DNA from: Octopus sinensis
Lineage: Eukaryota
DNA length: 64,000 bases
Reading direction: 5' to 3'
Assembly (NCBI RefSeq): GCF_006345805.1
Contig: NC_043006.1
Location: 102,858,001-102,922,000, forward strand
How positions within the stretch are numbered: the stretch's first letter is position 1; every line of letters starts with the position of its first letter. Of this stretch, positions 1 to 13,786 are shown one piece after another. The notes under the pieces are model-generated. The model saw only the letters and a program-made list of their open reading frames with translations, ran no database searches and was not told the origin of the DNA. The position numbers and the translations under genes are program-made.

Positions 1-742
1 CTTATTAGGCATATAATTTAATAAATCAAAATATAAAACAGTAATAAAGCAAACATACAAGAAAGAATATATAGAATAAAAAGAAACACGGGAAAATAAT
101 AAATACGCATAACGGAGAAACACTGTGTGATTACCATAGTAACATCATACTGAAATTGAAATCTTTTGAATAAAGTAGCAGAAATTGCAGTTCTATATTC
201 ACACCTGGAATGCTAGCAAATCTGAACTAAATCTGAACTATGATTGTGTAACTCCTTCATAGATGGCGCTGTTACAATATATATGTCACAATTCAGGACT
301 TCCCGTAGACTACGCTTTCCATAGTTATGTTTTGACACTCATTTACCATACACTTTAAACTAAGCACCACGTTTAATCACATGGATCTTAATATTCCAAA
401 GAAATTTTTCCAAGGACTATTATTGAACTCAAAAAGCTTAAAGACTCTACAATGTATCCGTATACATATTTATTAATTTTTGTATATGTTTATTATTATC
501 TTTTTGAAAAAAAACATTGTAAATTTCTTTTTTCCCCTTCCTCAATTTAAAAAAAATTTCTTTTCCCCTTTCAAATCTTGAAAATTTGCTTTGCCATGAA
601 AACGGGTTGGATTTATTATTATTATTTTAATTTTCCATACACCCATTTTTATTAAAATTTACTTTCAATTTAGCATTCTGCCTTATTATAATTTTTCCTC
701 TCCTATATATATATATATAATATATATATATATATATTCTAG

Positions 743-792
743 CAAAAACTGTCTGATGAACGGCAACGAGAAACTCAGAGTAACAGATTTTG
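743..792 (+). ncRNA. Minimal type-I hammerhead ribozyme-like motif (PLE type), stem II closing pair broken
   Basis: CAAAA-A-CUGU [stem I] CUGAUGA A-CG-GCAA-CG-A GAAA CUC-A-GAG UA ACAG-A-UUUUG. Core intact, GUA site, but the 10.1-11.1 pair is A.A. Lies just upstream of a PLE RT relic. Confidence 0.6.
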
Positions 793-899
793 TTGAATTT
801 TCTGCTGCTTTAAATAAAGTATATATATATATATATATAAATATATATGTATGTATGTATGAATGTATGTATGTATGTATGTATATTGTTGACTTCATG

Positions 900-1400
900 A
901 GAATTTATAAACTCTGAGAGAACGTGAAATAATTGTTTGTGGGAGTCATGAAAATCGAAGTAGACAAAACATAATGGCATGTAAACATAGTATTAAAAAC
1001 CCTCCGGACATTGAGGGTCGAGGGCTGCCTTGTTATTCGAACCCATCTTATGTAGACACGAAAGACGTTCCACCACTAGAATAAATAATCCTTCGAATTT
1101 TTCCATTTGAATTAGAAACTTGAAAAATTTTTTCTTAATAACTCATAAACTTTATATAATTATCTTTTGGAACGAAACGCCTTCGACTTTTCCCACATAA
1201 AGAGGTTTAAGACAATATCTACATGCCCTTATTTATATCTTTATCTGCCTCTGAGTCCTACGAGATAGTTTCCGGTGATGAGCATGCCAAACTGTAAGTT
1301 GCAAGGGTGGGGGCGAATGAAACCTTTTTTGAGTAGTAATATGTGTAGCTCCTACTAAATGTCTTGAATGCCTCGTTCTTTCGTTTGTATTCTCATTTAC
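900..1400 (+). pseudogene. Very degenerate Penelope-like reverse transcriptase fragment
   Basis: Frame fragments GH*GSRAALLFEPILCRHE (like GxAMGSxxAPxYAN) and RQYLHA (like QYLH); many stops. Confidence 0.4.
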
Positions 1401-1433
1401 ACACACACACACACACATACACACACACACACA

Positions 1434-1471
<38 letters not shown>

Positions 1472-1659
1472 CTAATGTCCTGTTAAGTTAGGATGGACAA
1501 AACAGTACTCCATCCAGTGAGAGATAAATATAAATTAATGTACACGTATTAAAATAAGAGCTGCTAATAGTCAGTAGCTATTGAGACACGTGATTAGGCA
1601 GATTTTTATAAGTGCCTTGTGTCTCCAAGCAATCCTAGGCTCAGGGCACATGATTTGTT

Positions 1660-2030
1660 TTATTCGAAAAACAGGGCGCTGGTACATGAGAAACCACGAG
1701 AATCGACAAAAGTGAACAGTCTGTGATGATTAGCTGCAAATGGAGTTTGAAGAAATCATAGAGTCAAGTGGAAAATTGTGAAGAAATCTGAAGCCGTTTG
1801 GAAATTGATCTGAGAGATGCAACTGAAAGATCGCACATTATTTTTAGATCCAAGAAATTCTACCACACTGTTGAATTCCAGATCCGAAATTTTAAGTAAA
1901 TGCAAGCATACTTCTTTTGCCGAACTGGAGGACATCATCATCTCCGGACTGAGCAGAGTTCGGACTCCTCTCCGTTGAACTGTTCTATACTACGAGGTGA
2001 ATTAGTGATTTTACGGTCAAAAGGGACGAA
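1660..2030 (+). pseudogene. Penelope-like GIY-YIG endonuclease C-terminal relic
   Basis: Translation VKWKIVKKS...DPRNSTTLLNSRSEILSKCKH matches the PLE C-terminal pattern IKWxI...LNxRxEIxSKCRH. Confidence 0.6.
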
Positions 2031-2085
2031 TCTCTCTTTCTTTCTTTTCATTCCTGTGTCTTTTCGTTATTCGCCTTTTGCCTAT

Positions 2086-2300
2086 GGTGGCGAGCTGGCA
2101 GAAACGTTAGCGCGCCGGGCAAAATGCTTAGCGGTATTTCGTCTGCCGCTACGTTCTGAGTTCAAATTCCACCGTGGTCGACTTTGGTTTTCATCCTTTC
2201 GGGGTCGATGAATTAAGTACCAGTTGCGTACTGGGGTCGATCTAATCGACTGGCCTACTTCGCAAAAACTTCAGGCCTTGTACCTAGAGTTGAAAAGATT
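2086..2300 (+). mobile_element. tRNA-derived SINE, family A, full length
   Basis: Pol III A-box-like TGGCAGAAACGTT and B-box GAGTTCAAATTCC; body CCTTTCGGGGTCGAT..AAGTACCAGTT recurs at 36945-38250, 49585-49912 and 52505-52700. Confidence 0.85.
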
Positions 2301-2514
2301 CGCCCTTTGTCTTCTCATCCACTTTTTGCATCACCCTTCACATTTTTTCATCGTGGTTTCTCGTGTACCTGGGTCTTAAAAAAGAAAACAGATCATGCAC
2401 ATACAGCCTGAAGATTGCTTGGAGACACAAGGCACATTAGAAATAGCTGCCTAACAGTGTACATTAAATCATGTATGTGTGTGTACTAATATGTTATGTA
2501 TGTATGTATGTATG

Positions 2515-2546
<32 letters not shown>

Positions 2547-3091
2547 TGTATGCATGCATGTATGTATGAATGTGTGTATTTGTATGAGTGTATATAGGTA
2601 CACACATGCACATGTACCCAGCTACACAAACACACACGCACGTACATATATGTATATGTAAGTCTCGATATATGTAGCTTGTTTAGAAAGCCACGAGTTA
2701 CTGCTATATTTCAATGTATGCACTCTGGTGAAGTGTCTTTTGCTATAGCCTCGGTTGATTAATGTCACACTGTGGGATGTCTTCGGGATCTGACGATAAC
2801 TTCCAAAACCTAAAAACTGTTCTTTTGACGTGAACTACTAGAAAACAAAGTCATCACTACGAGTGTATGAATTTATCATCCTGTAAATTTAGAAAATGTC
2901 ATTGTTGAACTCTATCCAGAATGTTATGTCAGCAAGTTTATTGCCAAGATCATTAATTTACACTTCTTTTCATCACCGTTCAATTAATTAAACTACACTA
3001 TGGTACATGTTGACTTATTTAAGGCCATCATTGTAATGTGAACTAAACAGCCAATCTCATACACTCAGTGTATAAAACGCAACGATAAACG

Positions 3092-3395
3092 TCGTCCTTT
3101 TCAATCCTAGCCAGGCTCATGGACCCGGTTTCCCCTGTTTCTGTGGCGTATGTGTTCCCCCCAGCTGGGCGGGACGCCAGTCCATCGCAGCGTTACTCAA
3201 GAAACAGGAAGAGAGAGTGAGAGCAAGGTGTGGCGAAAGAGTACAACAGGGGTCGCCACCACCCCCTATCGGAGCCTCGTGGAACTTTTAGGTGTTTTCG
3301 CTCAATAAACTCACACAACGCCCAGTCTGGGAATCGAAACCGCCATCCTCCGACCGCGAGTCCGCTGCCCTAACCACTGGGCCATTGCGCCTCCA
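3092..3395 (-). mobile_element. tRNA(Arg)-like SINE, family B
   Basis: Reverse complement of the 24340 copy: GGAGGCGCAATGGCCCAGTGGTTAGGGCAGCGGACTCGCGG head and B-box GGTTTCGATTCC; central GCGATGGACTGGCGTCCC resembles the Deu/Nin SINE domain. Confidence 0.85.
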
Positions 3396-3409
3396 CACAG
3401 TCAGTGTAT

Positions 3410-4545
3410 GGTGCATAGATGTTGAATGACAACGCTTAGTTTGTAGATGCTCTCTATGCGGAGACACGGTGTGAGCATGCAGATATTCAATACACAGATA
3501 AATGAGTAAAGTTGTAGGTATTGACTGTTCAGACGCAATGTGTAGCAGACAGATGCTAAATACACAGAACCAATGTGTGATAGGTAGATGTTGAATACAT
3601 AGTACCAGTTTATAAGCCTGTAGATGTCTCTACAGGTCTAATGTTTAAGCGTGTAAATGCTAAATACACAGACGCAGTGTGTTAGCATGCTGATGTTGGG
3701 TACAGAGACTCCAGTATCCGGTAGACGGATATTGAATATTCAGATCCATGTGTAATCATACTGGCGTTGTCGATACAGACCCTGTGTGTAGCAGGTAGAC
3801 CTTGTCGATATAAATATAGTGCGTAAAAGGGGACGTTGAATACATGTTGAATATACCGACTTATGTGTAAGCAGGTAATGTGTAAGTTGTTGCTTACGTT
3901 GATCCAGTGTGTAACAGGTAAATGTTAAATAGAGAGGGTCAGTGTGTAGCTAATAGATGTATTTATCTTTATATATAAAAGTAAGGTTGTGTGCTGTCTG
4001 TCTCCTACGATTTAGATTCCTAACTACTCCCACATTTTGCGGTGCAGTTTAACCAAAACCGGGTATCTTATAGTCGTGATTCATATCGAGCCCTTCTGGG
4101 TATTAGCGCGCGTTCATGATGAGTCTACAATTTAAAAAAAAAAATTACCATCAATTTTTCCCATTTTTAATGCATTTTTGGCATATATAAGGGAAGTAAC
4201 TCTCTAAAAATTTATTATTAAATCTCAGAACGTAAAAAGCTACAGTAGCCCCCCCACTTTGTGGTTAGCCATATGGAGATGGCTATTATCTCTAAAAATG
4301 ATTATATAGTTATTTCCCTTACAAACCCGAGCAACGCCGGGCGATACTGCTAGTATGCAACACATTTGTAATTTGCAGCTTATTACTCTACAAATCCTGT
4401 TTGTATCATAGATGTTCTGCATGCTGCGAAAGTGGGTGGTCAGTCGATGTTGAATATAGACAGATGTGTAATGTGTAGATTTAGTCTATAGAGGCTAATG
4501 TATAATTTGAAAATATCGACTATACGAACAAATGTTTACTGCATA
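3410..4545. repeat. Degenerate about 33-36 bp minisatellite, interrupted by a Helitron
   Basis: Recurring TAGATGYTRAATACACAGAC.CAGTGTGT units from about 3410-3960, resuming about 4380-4545. Confidence 0.65.
3966..4353 (+). mobile_element. Non-autonomous Helitron
   Basis: 5' A|TC(TTTATATATAAAAG), 3' hairpin CCCG-AGCAACGC-CGGG (4326-4341), terminal CTAG|T (4350-4353); inserted between A and T with no TSD. Confidence 0.85.
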
Positions 4546-5239
4546 GAAATATTTGATTGTGTTTTGGGTTGTGGAGAGGGACATTGGTGATGTTCAGCGG
4601 TGATGGTCAGTAGCAGATGTCCTGATAGGTGTATAGACAGTTATAGTTCGGTGGAGGTTTGGTTTTGAGGTGAAAAAGAAAAATGATGTGTTTGGGTGTC
4701 GGTGTGTCGGTCACAGATGCGAGTCGTGGATGGAACAAGATTTTGCAAGTTGTGAATAGCAAAGGAATCACTTCTAACACAGCAGCCTCAGAGTAGAATG
4801 TGTGAAAGCTGCCAGGAATTGTGAACGGTGGAGACACTTTGCACGATGATTTCGGAGAGGGGAGAGGTGAGATGAATATTTTCAATACAAGAGAAAATAC
4901 AGCCAAAGAGTTGATAATGATTTAATGAATTCGAAGAACGAGGGAAGACTTTGAGTCAGATCAAGTAGAAGTTGTTATTGCTATAATCCTGGTGAGAAAT
5001 GTGAGAAACAGAAAAACTGAATACAACATATACGCAGACACCACCTTATATATCTATGCTGAGTGAAATTAGAGGGGAAATGGGATCTGGATAGGGGTTG
5101 AGACACTTGCAACGTAGGGACAAATAGGATTTGTGCTTTGCGTAAGAGTGATATGTGATGCGTGAGATCTGAGGTAGGGAGAAGTCTTGAGATATTTGAG
5201 ACGAGGAGGGAGAATTGGCCGGGATATTTGGATATTTTT

Positions 5240-5420
5240 ATCTATTCTTTGTCTGGCTTGCGAGAAACAGCTGCCAAAATATCCCTCACATTTTACACTA
5301 CCGTCTTAAAAACGATGACATTGGATAATGGAGATAATATAGTGCTAGCTGCAATACCTTTAATCGTAGGTCAGCTCTACTAGGGCTGATATGATGTTGA
5401 ACAACAACAGCAACAGCAAC
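5240..5420 (-). repeat. Unclassified short interspersed repeat
   Basis: Homologous in inverted orientation to 5985-6170 (TTTAAGACGGTAG..GATATTT.GC.GCT); a partial copy at 6690-6775. Confidence 0.5.
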
Positions 5421-5984
5421 TAAAGATGAACAAATGGTGAAGGTCGACGTATATTGGTGATGAGTCGTACAGAATCTAGCGCGATGAAATCATTATTTAA
5501 ACTTCTTGATTAGCAATTTCTTCCAGCCAAACCGTAAGCTCGCATTTATTATATGAGAAACAGAGTCACTTAGAAAGTTTACGTTGCCAATCTTAAACAT
5601 CTGAAGTCTATTTACTTTAAAGCAAAGATATTTGCTTACTTCCGTGCTATCTTGCTTCTAATATCGATCGATCAAACATTTCTTCATTCTTTCCACCACG
5701 TCTGAAACTAAAATCGATATAAACAAATCTGATAATTTAGAAGTAAAGAAAAAAACATAATTATAACCAAATCTATTATTTAGTTTTGTGTATTTGATAT
5801 CTTTATTTATCTTGAGATAATGGTTTCCTACATAAATACGAGGTCTATGTTTTATACCTAGTTGAGAAAGGAGATTGTGTGACCTTCATGCCTTTTTTTC
5901 ACATCATTGTTGTATAATTATTCAGTCGATAATTATTTGAGTTGTTTGTTCAAGGATAACAACTCAACATTGCACGGTTACTAA

Positions 5985-6170
5985 GGATGTTGTTGTTTAG
6001 CCCCGAGTCACGCTGGACTAAGTAAATCTATGATAAACAACATTCTAACCAGTAATATCAAGATCTACGTTATACCCACCGTGTCATTCGTGTTTGAAGA
6101 CGGTAAGCAGTGATATGAGATATATTTAGCTGCTATTCCTTTCATGTAAAGCAACAGCTTTCACGCTTAA
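5985..6170 (+). repeat. Unclassified short interspersed repeat (same family as 5240-5420)
   Basis: TTGTTGTTTAGCCCC..CTATGAT..TTTGAAGACGGTAAG..GATATATTTAGCTGCTATT shared with the inverted copy. Confidence 0.5.
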
Positions 6171-6184
6171 CAAAAAGACTGGAA

Positions 6185-6528
6185 TCCAAGTTAGACGGAC
6201 CTTACACCCCAATGCTAAAAGCAGTCTTAAACACATCTTGGAGAACTCATCCTACAAAGAAGCAACTGTATGGAGATCTACTATTTTCACCATTATAAAG
6301 GAAAGGCACTTGCGCTTTGCAGGTCATTGCCCGCGAGCTAAACAAGAGCTGGCGAGTGTCCTACTTCTATGGATACCAAGACATGGCCGTACTCGAGCAG
6401 GTAGCCGAACACAACGTAGGAAGATCAACTCACCAGAGATACTTCCTTTCCCGGACGCAGGACGGAGACGGATGGCTTGTGCGGGTAAAAAATATCCGAG
6501 CAAGTTAGACAAAATGATGATGATGATT
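6185..6528 (+). mobile_element. RTE/RTEX-like LINE 3' fragment
   Basis: KLDGPYTPMLKAVLNTSWRTHPTKKQLYG..IKERHLRFAGHCPRAKQELASVLLLW; ends in (GAT)n. Confidence 0.8.
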
Positions 6529-6857
6529 TCTTGCAAATTCTTCTCCATTCTCCATTCAAGTTCTCTTGTTTGGATGATGGAACCCACGGATGTACACAAT
6601 AAAAAAAAACAGAAACTAAAATACTGCAACCGAATGAATCGTTTCTCAAATTTCTTGCATTGCTACAGCTTCCAACAAGTTAATCACTTTAAAGGTCTTG
6701 TATGTGGTGGCTTGACCTGCTAGAAATAAAAGTCAAATCATCCTTAAATACCACCGTAATGGTTTAAAAAAAAGATACATTATATAATATAGTCCTAGTT
6801 ATAACACTGTCAGAGCTGGAATTTATAGGTTTTCTCCAATGAGGCTGACCTGAATAA

Positions 6858-6979
6858 TCTTCTTCTTCTTCTTCTTCTTCTTCTTCTTCTTCTCTTCTTC
6901 TTCTTCTTTCTTCTTCTTCTTCTTCTTCTTCTTCTTCTTCTTCTTCTTCTTCTTCTTTCACTTCTTCTTCTTCTCTTCT

Positions 6980-7014
<35 letters not shown>

Positions 7015-7199
7015 TTCTTCTTCACTTCTTCTTCTTCTCTTCTTCTTCTCTTCTTCTTCTCTTCTTCTTCTTCTTCTTCTTCTTTTCCTCTTCTTCTTCT
7101 TCTTCTTCTTCTTCTTCTTCTTCTTCTTTCACTTCTTCTTCTTCTTCTTCTTCTTCTTCTCCTTCTTCTTCTTCTTCTTCTTCTTCTTCTTCTTCTTCT
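6858..7199. repeat. (CTT)n microsatellite, about 340 bp
   Basis: Direct inspection. Confidence 0.95.
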
Positions 7200-8046
7200 G
7201 AACCTATTTACACCTAGATAGATTAGGCCACCGCGAGTAGTATGAGCCACGTTCCTCTTGACACCGGATTATCCGTTGCTCTATAGCATTGCTAATTATT
7301 GCTCACTGTTGTATAAAATATACGTATTTTAGAGGAATAGTAATAGTTTACATGAACTTTTGTCCGATTTAGGTAAACGGTTTAATTATTTTTAACGCTA
7401 AAACAATGCAAATTATAAGAAACAATACCGATCGATGATTTGTATTTTCTCTTGTATTTCAATATTTCGGCGTTTGAACCTCTTCTTCAGGAAATCATCT
7501 GAGATATGATGTAATGGCTTCTCTATTCTGTAGGTTGTGCGTATGAAAGGTCGCTTTGCATAACAGGATAACAAACCATCGATCTGTATTAATTCTCATA
7601 GCGTGCATTGATTTGGTTTTAAAATAAAAGTTACAATAATTTATTTTAGTGATATCGAAGTGGGGTGGCGAATCGAAGCTGACTCCGGATGTATTGAACT
7701 ATCAAAGTTTAGTGTTTATTGATAGCATTATCGTCACTACTCTCCGGTAAAAAAGATTTTGCGATATTATTGATCACACATCGGTTTCGACAATGCTCGA
7801 ATAACTGAATTAGCTACTCGTCAGATTAATGTATAAGTTTTCTGAGTATTCCGTAGGTCAAGTGTGCCCATAACGACAAGGAACAAAGTTGGGCCTTCGA
7901 ATTACAATTCAACTCGAACCCTAGACCTCATGATTGGGAAGTGATTTTCTTAACCACTCGTCACTTGCTCACATACACAAACTACTACTACTACTACTAC
8001 TACTACTACTGCTGCTGTGCTGCTGCTGCTGCTGCTACTACTACTA

Positions 8047-8078
<32 letters not shown>

Positions 8079-8365
8079 ACTACTACTACTACTACTACCA
8101 CCACTACTACTACATGGAAGATATACATCTGAAACCACTCTTTACAATTACACAAATTCTTTTATAGAAGATAGCTGAAGAGCAACATGTTCTCGTGTAT
8201 ATATTTCATCTCTTGTATGAGTGTATATGTGTGTTTGTATATCTATCTTTATATCTATGAGTGTATGGTTCTGCGCTGTATATACATACACGAAAACAAA
8301 CGCACACACGCACATGCACAAGAACACATGTGTATGTATGTAGGTATATTTGCGTCTGTATGCCC

Positions 8366-8417
<52 letters not shown>

Positions 8418-8713
8418 CAATAATTAAGCATGTACGTTTATATTAGTATCTAACTGGAATTTAGTTTTTGTATTCATTATATATAAACATATATCTCGTA
8501 GAATGTATATTATGAAAACGAGAGCTACTTACAGATACGAAGTTAGGCAAGTTTTAGAAACTTGCCTAACCACGCGTCTTAATGGTAGAAAAAAAGTAGT
8601 TGCTCTTTATTTTAATACAGTGTACATCAAAAGATATTTATCTCTCACTGGATGGAGTTTCCTTTTTCTTGTTGATCTTACCAAAAAAGTAAACTATATA
8701 TATATATATATAT

Positions 8714-8760
<47 letters not shown>

Positions 8761-8783
8761 GATATATATATGGTGTATATGTA

Positions 8784-8836
<53 letters not shown>

Positions 8837-8840
8837 CTCT

Positions 8841-8897
<57 letters not shown>

Positions 8898-9427
8898 CAG
8901 ATTTACAGAAAACAAAATACGAAATCGGGTGAAGGAACAACAAACAGGTGTATTAATTTAAAGCTCGAAAAGAATGGAAAAGCTTTTGACATTTCGAGCC
9001 TACGCTCTTCAACAAAAAGGACTGACAGGAAATTGGAGAGAGAATGAAAAAAAAAAAAACGGATAGAGAAAAAAAAATGTGTTAAACATGATGAAAGAGG
9101 CTAAGTGAAAGAGAGATGGTAACGGTGGCCGGCCGAACTGGGGTGCGCAAGCGCATGTATGCATGTGAGAATGGTGTGTGAGGGTGTATGTGTGAATGGG
9201 GGTAAGCGGTATGAATGTATGTGCGGGCAAGCTTAAAGTTATGTGGGCGTGTGTGCGTATGTGTATATGTAACCCAGAGCCTACATTGCACTCTTAAAAA
9301 AAACTGGAAAAAATTATTTCACACCGGAGTACTAACGGGTACTTTACGAACTATTTACCCAAGATCGGGACAGGCATGCGACTAGAAGGATTGATGAGAC
9401 TGATAAAGCCAGTGGTGAGCGTCTGGC

Positions 9428-9472
<45 letters not shown>

Positions 9473-9496
9473 AGAGAGGAGAGATGAGCGAGAGAG

Positions 9497-9564
<68 letters not shown>

Positions 9565-9744
9565 CAGGAGAGATCAGGAATCGGACGCTCGGAAAACTGA
9601 ACGTCTGTCGAAACAAAGGGAAAGAAACAAAAGAATCGGATGCACATGTGAATACAAATGGAATTAAATAAGTTTTGTGTAAATCGGACCACGGGTACCT
9701 TGAACTATTGGTGACCCAACGGGTCACAGGTAGTCTATTATATA

Positions 9745-10080
9745 TATATATAAAATAAAATACAAAATAGGACAAGAATGCAGAACATCTGGACAGCTAG
9801 GTGATACAAAAAGGAACAACAAAACATCCAGATAGACGATACAAAAAACCAAGGTCGGGTCATCGAAGCCTATTATTTTCAGTCGAGAACCGGATCATCC
9901 TCACAATTTCGGTTAGCTTAGTTTTTCCTTGTGGCTGGCCAGATTGGAGCAATCTCAAGATAAATCAGCCGAAATTGCGAGGATGATCCGGTCCTGACTG
10001 AAGACTTCGAATGACCCGTCCGTGTTTTTTGTATCGTCTATCTGGATGTTTTGCGTTTTGTCCCATTTTGTATTTTATAT
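9745..10080. repeat. Imperfect inverted repeat of a PLE-like terminal sequence
   Basis: Left arm AAAACATCCAGATAGACGATACAAAAAA..CCGGATCATCCTCACAATTTCGG is the reverse complement of 9965-10080; a third copy at 61858-61975. Confidence 0.75.
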
Positions 10081-10119
10081 ATATATATATATTATATATA
10101 TATATACACACACACACAC

Positions 10120-10185
<66 letters not shown>

Positions 10186-10375
10186 ATATGTATGCGCCAT
10201 TCGGAATCTCTTTTAAACTTTGTGTAACTTGTCTTCGAACGTCTGATGGGATGGCTGTGTTCTACGTCCAAGAAACTTTGTAATATGGCAAAGAGTCAAA
10301 CATTATTATGTAACTCCTGCCAAATAAATTGAACACTGCTTTCTATAGTTTATTTATTTGTTCCTTTTTAAACCG

Positions 10376-10468
<93 letters not shown>

Positions 10469-10469
10469 G

Positions 10470-10980
10470 TCTACGTGGTTTTTTGGGATACAAAAAGAAT
10501 TGTGTTTATTGGCTACCTTCAAAAGTGCCACACCATCAATAGAAAGTACTATGCCAACTTGCTGAGGCAGTTACAAAAAGCTGTCATAACCAAACGCCCT
10601 GGAAAACTGACGAAAGCTATCATGTTTCATCAGGGTGATGCTTCATCACGCCAGTCTATTGTTCTCAATGGCTTTGACCTGCTTGATCACTCACCCTAAT
10701 CTACTGATTTGGCCCTATCTGACTATCAGTTGCTCCAGAATATGAAAAAACACTTGGCTTGGAGCCAGTATCGGAGTGATGGTGATGTCATAACTACTGA
10801 TAATGACGTTTCTGAGCAACAGGATGAAAGCTTCTTCACCAGTGTGACTTAAGCACTGCAACACCAATGGAAAAAGTGTGTGGTCCGCAAGGAGGATTAT
10901 GTTTAAAAATAAACCCCATTTGGTCACATTCCAAAAGAGTATCTTCGTCAGCCTATGAATTTTTCAGGTGACTCTCGCAT
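10470..10980 (+). mobile_element. Mariner transposon 3' half (dead)
   Basis: VFWDTKRIVFIGYLQK..KRPGKLTKAIMFHQ..HSP*STDLALSDYQL (HPPYSPDLAPSDY motif) with stops; TIR-like end near 10950-10980. Confidence 0.85.
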
Positions 10981-11149
10981 CTGTCTGTTAGGATAGAAAA
11001 TCATGACACGCTTTTGGACAGGGTCAGTTTGATGGGAATTTTTCAATACATACTGTAAAATACGCATTACTATTTACGTTCTAATGTCATTTTTCTTTGC
11101 AGAATACTTTATACGGCTCTGGTTAAATTGGTATCGATCCTGTCCTTTT

Positions 11150-11390
11150 AAAGTGAGTTTAGATCAATCCCATATCAGGCACTGCACGCTGTAGCAGATC
11201 AAAATGAGCTTTTCGGCAACGGAAGCAGCAAGGAATATTCGATTTGTCTATGGGGATGATGCTTTAAGTGTCCGGACTTGGCAGTAATAGTTAGGCCAGA
11301 TTTGCCCGGGAGACTTTTCCCACAGACTTCTCTGGAAAATCAAGTTCTGTCAATATTGAACGTCTGAAAACCTATGCAAACTGTGCAAGA
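11150..11390 (+). mobile_element. Mariner N-terminal HTH relic
   Basis: HIRHCTL..SATEAARNIRFVYGDDALSVRTWQ resembles the mariner HTH region. Confidence 0.6.
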
Positions 11391-11659
11391 TTTAGCAAAG
11401 TAAGAATTAGTGTGGGTTTTTGTGTGACTATATGTGCACTCGGGTGAGAATTTTAGTGTATAACATACCAAAAATATATAATGCTTTGCAATAAATAACA
11501 GTTTGTACGCACAAACGTGTTGATGTATAAATGTTTATATAGATATGACAGCGTGTTTATTTTTATGTGTGTAGCATGAAAGAAAAGAAATACTCTAACA
11601 TTTGCATCAAAAGAATGTATGTATATATGAGGGAAGGAAGAAAAAAGGAAGAGAGGGAG

Positions 11660-11700
<41 letters not shown>

Positions 11701-12183
11701 CAGAGAAAAGGAGAGGTTGAAAGACTGGTGTGAGGGGCAAGTAATAAGAGAGAAAGGAAAACAGAGAGAGAGAGAGAGAGAGAAGAGAATAACTGAGACA
11801 AATATACATGATAGAGATTAAAAGAAAGATAATTTGATAGATACATAGATAGATAAATATGTAGGTAGATCAATAAGCTGATATCTAGACATTATATATA
11901 CAGATATAATCAAAAAGATAGATAAAAAAAATTACAAGACCTTAAAAGAGGGACACTTTCCAATTGTTACTGTAATCCTTAATTTTAATTTTGATTATAT
12001 TTGAACAAAAATCTACTTCCCTATTTTTTAAATATAATTATCGATTTCCTTCTTTCTTTTTCACGTCCTTCGTTCATTCTTTTTCGGTCCACACTGTTAT
12101 TGGTCTCCTATATTTTTCCTATCGAACTTGTTACTTTTCTCTTCTACTTCAAATATTTTTCTTCCCGTAGTGTCCTTATAACA

Positions 12184-12236
<53 letters not shown>

Positions 12237-12270
12237 ATCTATCTATCTATCTACTATCTATCTATCTATA

Positions 12271-12303
<33 letters not shown>

Positions 12304-12338
12304 ATCTATAGATCTATATGTATATATATTATATATAT

Positions 12339-12387
<49 letters not shown>

Positions 12388-12475
12388 GCCTATCTGTCTG
12401 TGCGTGTGTCCGTGTGCAAACATATACATATGTGTGTTTATATAGTATGTATGTATATATATATACACACATTTA

Positions 12476-12526
<51 letters not shown>

Positions 12527-13083
12527 TCACTCACACAGACAAACACACACACACATATATAAATATACGAATACGTGCACACATACATACATGCAAATAA
12601 CACACACATATATATAAGTTTATATGTATCCATATATAAATGTATGAGTGAATATATATATATATATCTATATATATCTATATATATATATACATACATA
12701 TATATATACATATATATAGATACGTGTGTGTTATATATATGTGTGTATGTCTGTACACCTACAGTTATTGTGTGTTTACTATTGTTATACACACTGCCTT
12801 ACGCTCACTGGCTACTGACATTATCAATATACCCACTAGGAATGTTCAACGAATCACATGACGGTTTTTTCAACTTCCTCTTGACGTATTCAGTTGTAAT
12901 TTATAGAGAAAACTTATTTATTCTTGGCTTTAAATCTATTTTACGTGTACTAACGACTCAGACTTTGCTAGTCATTAGACAGGGATAGAGTCACTGCGAG
13001 GCATAAACACAGACAGGGAGACAGGGAAATATCTACACACTTAACTACACTTGCAGGCAACAGACAGCAATTATAAACACTCA

Positions 13084-13150
<67 letters not shown>

Positions 13151-13640
13151 CACACACACACACACACAGACACACACACAAACAGACGCACACACACACA
13201 CACAGACACAGACACACACAGACCACACACACACACACACACAGACACACACACAAACAGACACACACACACACACACACACAAACAGACACACACACAA
13301 ACAGACACACACACAAACAGACACACACACAAACAGACACACACACACATAAATACATACATATACACGCATACACACACACGCACATACGCACGCACAC
13401 ACACACATACACATGCACACACCACATATATACATATATATTTATGAACATAAATATGTGCACCATAATATATATATATATACACGCACACATATAATTA
13501 TATACGTGCATACACACGCGCACGCATACACTTATATATGTACATACATATATACGTATAAATATGTATATGAGCGTATGTGTGTCTGTATGTATATACA
13601 ATCATATGTTCATATATTCATACATATAATTTCAGGTGTG

Positions 13641-13672
<32 letters not shown>

Positions 13673-13698
13673 TGTATGTAGTGTGTGTGTGTGTTGTA

Positions 13699-13741
<43 letters not shown>

Positions 13742-13754
13742 CATACATACATAC

Positions 13755-13786
<32 letters not shown>

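Noticed and set aside
4560-5240. Purine-rich stretch with a 99-aa minus-strand ORF
   Set aside because: Shares AATACAAGAGAAAATACA with PLE debris at 7440-7470; no protein motif found, so left unclassified.
7440-7840. Two hammerhead-like relics on the minus strand
   Set aside because: Stem I is absent, and the 7765-7835 relic has G at the cleavage position; treated as PLE debris.
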